Shown here one piece after another: positions 48,267 through 50,327 of a stretch of DNA of 50,327 bases. Both the position numbers and the translations under genes were made by a program. The notes under the pieces are model-generated. The model had not been told where the DNA came from and did not search any database. It saw nothing but the letters and a program-made list of their open reading frames with translations. Source of the DNA: Macrostomum lignano (Eukaryota); NCBI GenBank assembly GCA_002269645.1, contig NIVC01001460.1, positions 50,422-100,748 of the forward strand. The letters run 5' to 3'. How positions within the stretch are numbered: the first letter of the stretch is position 1; every line of letters begins with the position of its first letter.

Positions 48267-48761
48267 CTGCGGGCGCGGAGTAGCACAGGGGTTGGCTGCG
48301 TGTCAGGGACCTGACGAGACCAGGACACTTTGGATGTCCCAAAAGTTCCCAAAATGTTTGCTCCAGCTCCTCAGTACCTTGACCCATATTTTATGTTTTA
48401 AGTGTCAAACTAAAGATAATTTTTTTTCCTTTTTAATTTCCTTTTTATCTAGTTTTAGTTAAGGGTGGTTACACAAGGAAATATGAAGGAAGGTCAGATA
48501 CTTCCTAGTAGTGTCGTCCATTTTCCATAATCATTATTTTTGCAAAAATTAACTTTGAATTCGTCAGCAAGATCTGAAAACGTCTATGGATGAAACCAGT
48601 AGGATGGCTGATCAGATCTAGTGGTGCCAGCGCGTGTATATTCCATACCAAATGCTTGCTTTTGGCTACAGATTTAAGGATGAGTTCTCTGTTAAGGTAC
48701 AGAGAGTGAAAGAGAGATACTTTCTGGATAATTTTTTGATTTATTCTTTTTGATTTTGATG

Positions 48762-49030
48762 TTTGGTTGTAGCCTACTGGCTAATGCGTCGGACTCACGA
48801 CTTGAAAGGTCAGTGGTTCGATTCCCGATACCACTCGGAACAATTTGTGTCCTTGAGCAAGACGCCTAACTCTGCATTGCTTCAGTTCACCCAGCTGTAA
48901 AATGGGTGCCAGCAATAGCTGGGGTAATTGAGGCTGTGTGTGTCGACCCCCCAGTCCTTGCCGCGCCCCTAAGGTTGCACATCAGCTAATGTGCAACCAG
49001 CTAATTGTGTAATCAATTATACTACTTTTT
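48762..49030 (+). mobile_element. tRNA-derived SINE with a MIR/CORE-like central domain (antisense, in the mGluR intron)
   Basis: B box GGTTCGATTCC at 48815-48825, followed by TGTGTCCTTGAGCAAGACGCCTAACTC...CTTCAGTTCACCCAGCTGTAAAATGGG, which resembles the CORE consensus CCTTGGGCAAGTCACTTAACC...CTCAGT...CTGTAAAATGGG. 3' end is approximate. Confidence 0.75.
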
Positions 49031-49842
49031 ATCTTTTTAATCCTTCTACTCGTAGATCCCTGCCAGATCCCTATTAGGCGAACCCCAAAATATTTTTCTG
49101 ACAACGTCACCTGAATATTTCCAACTTCTTTAAAACTCTTTCAGAAACCGAATCAGTTGTTTTTTTTACGGATGCCTGTCGTGAAAAGAAAATCCTAACT
49201 AAGAGTTGATGTAGAAAACAATTTCTCTAATTAAAGTTGACTCTAACAGCTGTTCATTTGCAGCTTCGCCTCCCCCCAGTCGTTTAGCGATGAATAATTG
49301 CCTTCCAAAAATTGGAGCATCTTCCTCCGGTTGTCTCCTCCCGTTTTCTTAAGTTTCATTTTATTCTTAGAAACTCTCCATATTTTGGCACAGTTTCCCT
49401 TTCGGTGAAGGCTGTTGCGGCCCAAGTCAAAGCCTTCCACTGCCGTCTCCCTCTCACTCCCCAACGTCTATTGCCATACGTTTTTGCAGTAAAATGAAAC
49501 TACAGAAACTTTCCAACAACCCCTCTCGCTCTCCTTTCTGCAGAAAGCTTCTGTTTTCCTAATTTTTTGTCGATGACGGCGGCGTGGACGGGCGGGCGGG
49601 CGGCAATTTAGTCAGCGCGTACTTTCACATTTTCATTTTTATAATCTTTCCTTTGCCGGTTGTTTACCGGCTCATCGTCGCATCGTCGCATCCAAAAATC
49701 AGAGTGCTGAGGCGATTCCTGAGCACATAATACAACAAATTGGGAGGGGAGGGGGGAACAAAGCCAAGAATTCTGCACCCATGTACATAAGTAAATTTCT
49801 ACATGTACATTATTTTCAGAATCGGTGTTGTCAGCGATCGTT

Positions 49843-50327
49843 TTAGCGCCGCAGGCACTGATTTTAGCGCCGCAGGCATTCATTTTAGCGCTGCAGGCAC
49901 TCAGTTTAGCGCCGCAGGCACTCATTTTAACGCCGCAGGCACTCCTTTTAGCGCCGCAGGCACCATTTTTAGCGCCGCAGGTACTCATTTTAGCGCCGCA
50001 GGTACTCATTTTTACGCCGCAGGCACTCATTTTAGCTCCGCAGGCACTCAGTTAAGCGCCGCAGGTACTCATTTTAGCGCCGCAGGCACTCATTTTAGCA
50101 CCGCAGGCACTCATTTTAGCGCCGCAGGCACTCATTTTAGCGCCGCAGGCACTCAGTTTTGCCCCGCAGGCACTCATTTTAGCGCCGCAGGCACTCATTT
50201 TAGCACCCAGGCACTCATTTTAGCGCCGCAGGCATTCATTTTAGGCCGCAGGCACTCATTTTAGCGCCGCAGGCACTCATTTTAGCGCCGCAGGCACTCA
50301 TTTTAGCGCCGCAGGCACTCATTTTAG
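49843..50327. repeat. 21-bp minisatellite TTTTAGCGCCGCAGGCACTCA (runs off the right edge)
   Basis: About 23 tandem units. Confidence 0.97.

Noticed and set aside
47517-48387. Plus-strand 210-aa ORF and alternate-frame 144-aa ORF
   Set aside because: Shadows of the mGluR 7TM exon.

Overview
Eukaryotic (animal) genomic DNA with GC-rich spliced exons separated by minisatellite-filled introns and spacers. The style resembles a free-living flatworm such as Macrostomum, but this is an impression, not verified. Bases 1-10715 are a near-perfect 118-bp satellite. Immediately after it is a spliced cGAS/Mab-21-like nucleotidyltransferase (cGLR-type) gene with an apparently intact catalytic motif set, which is the strongest lead in the window. 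Also present: a ~1.3-kb duplicated element (one copy with a tRNA-derived head and a (TTAG)n tail), one isolated PIG-W exon, a fibrinogen-related gene with a 1-bp frameshift, three tandem GT32 (DXD) glycosyltransferase genes showing mosaic divergence with TIR-bounded elements in their spacers, the 3' exons of a metabotropic glutamate receptor, a CORE-type SINE, and about fifteen distinct micro/minisatellites. Most ORFs in the supplied track are repeat translations or antisense shadows. All calls are by eye; no searches or alignments were run.
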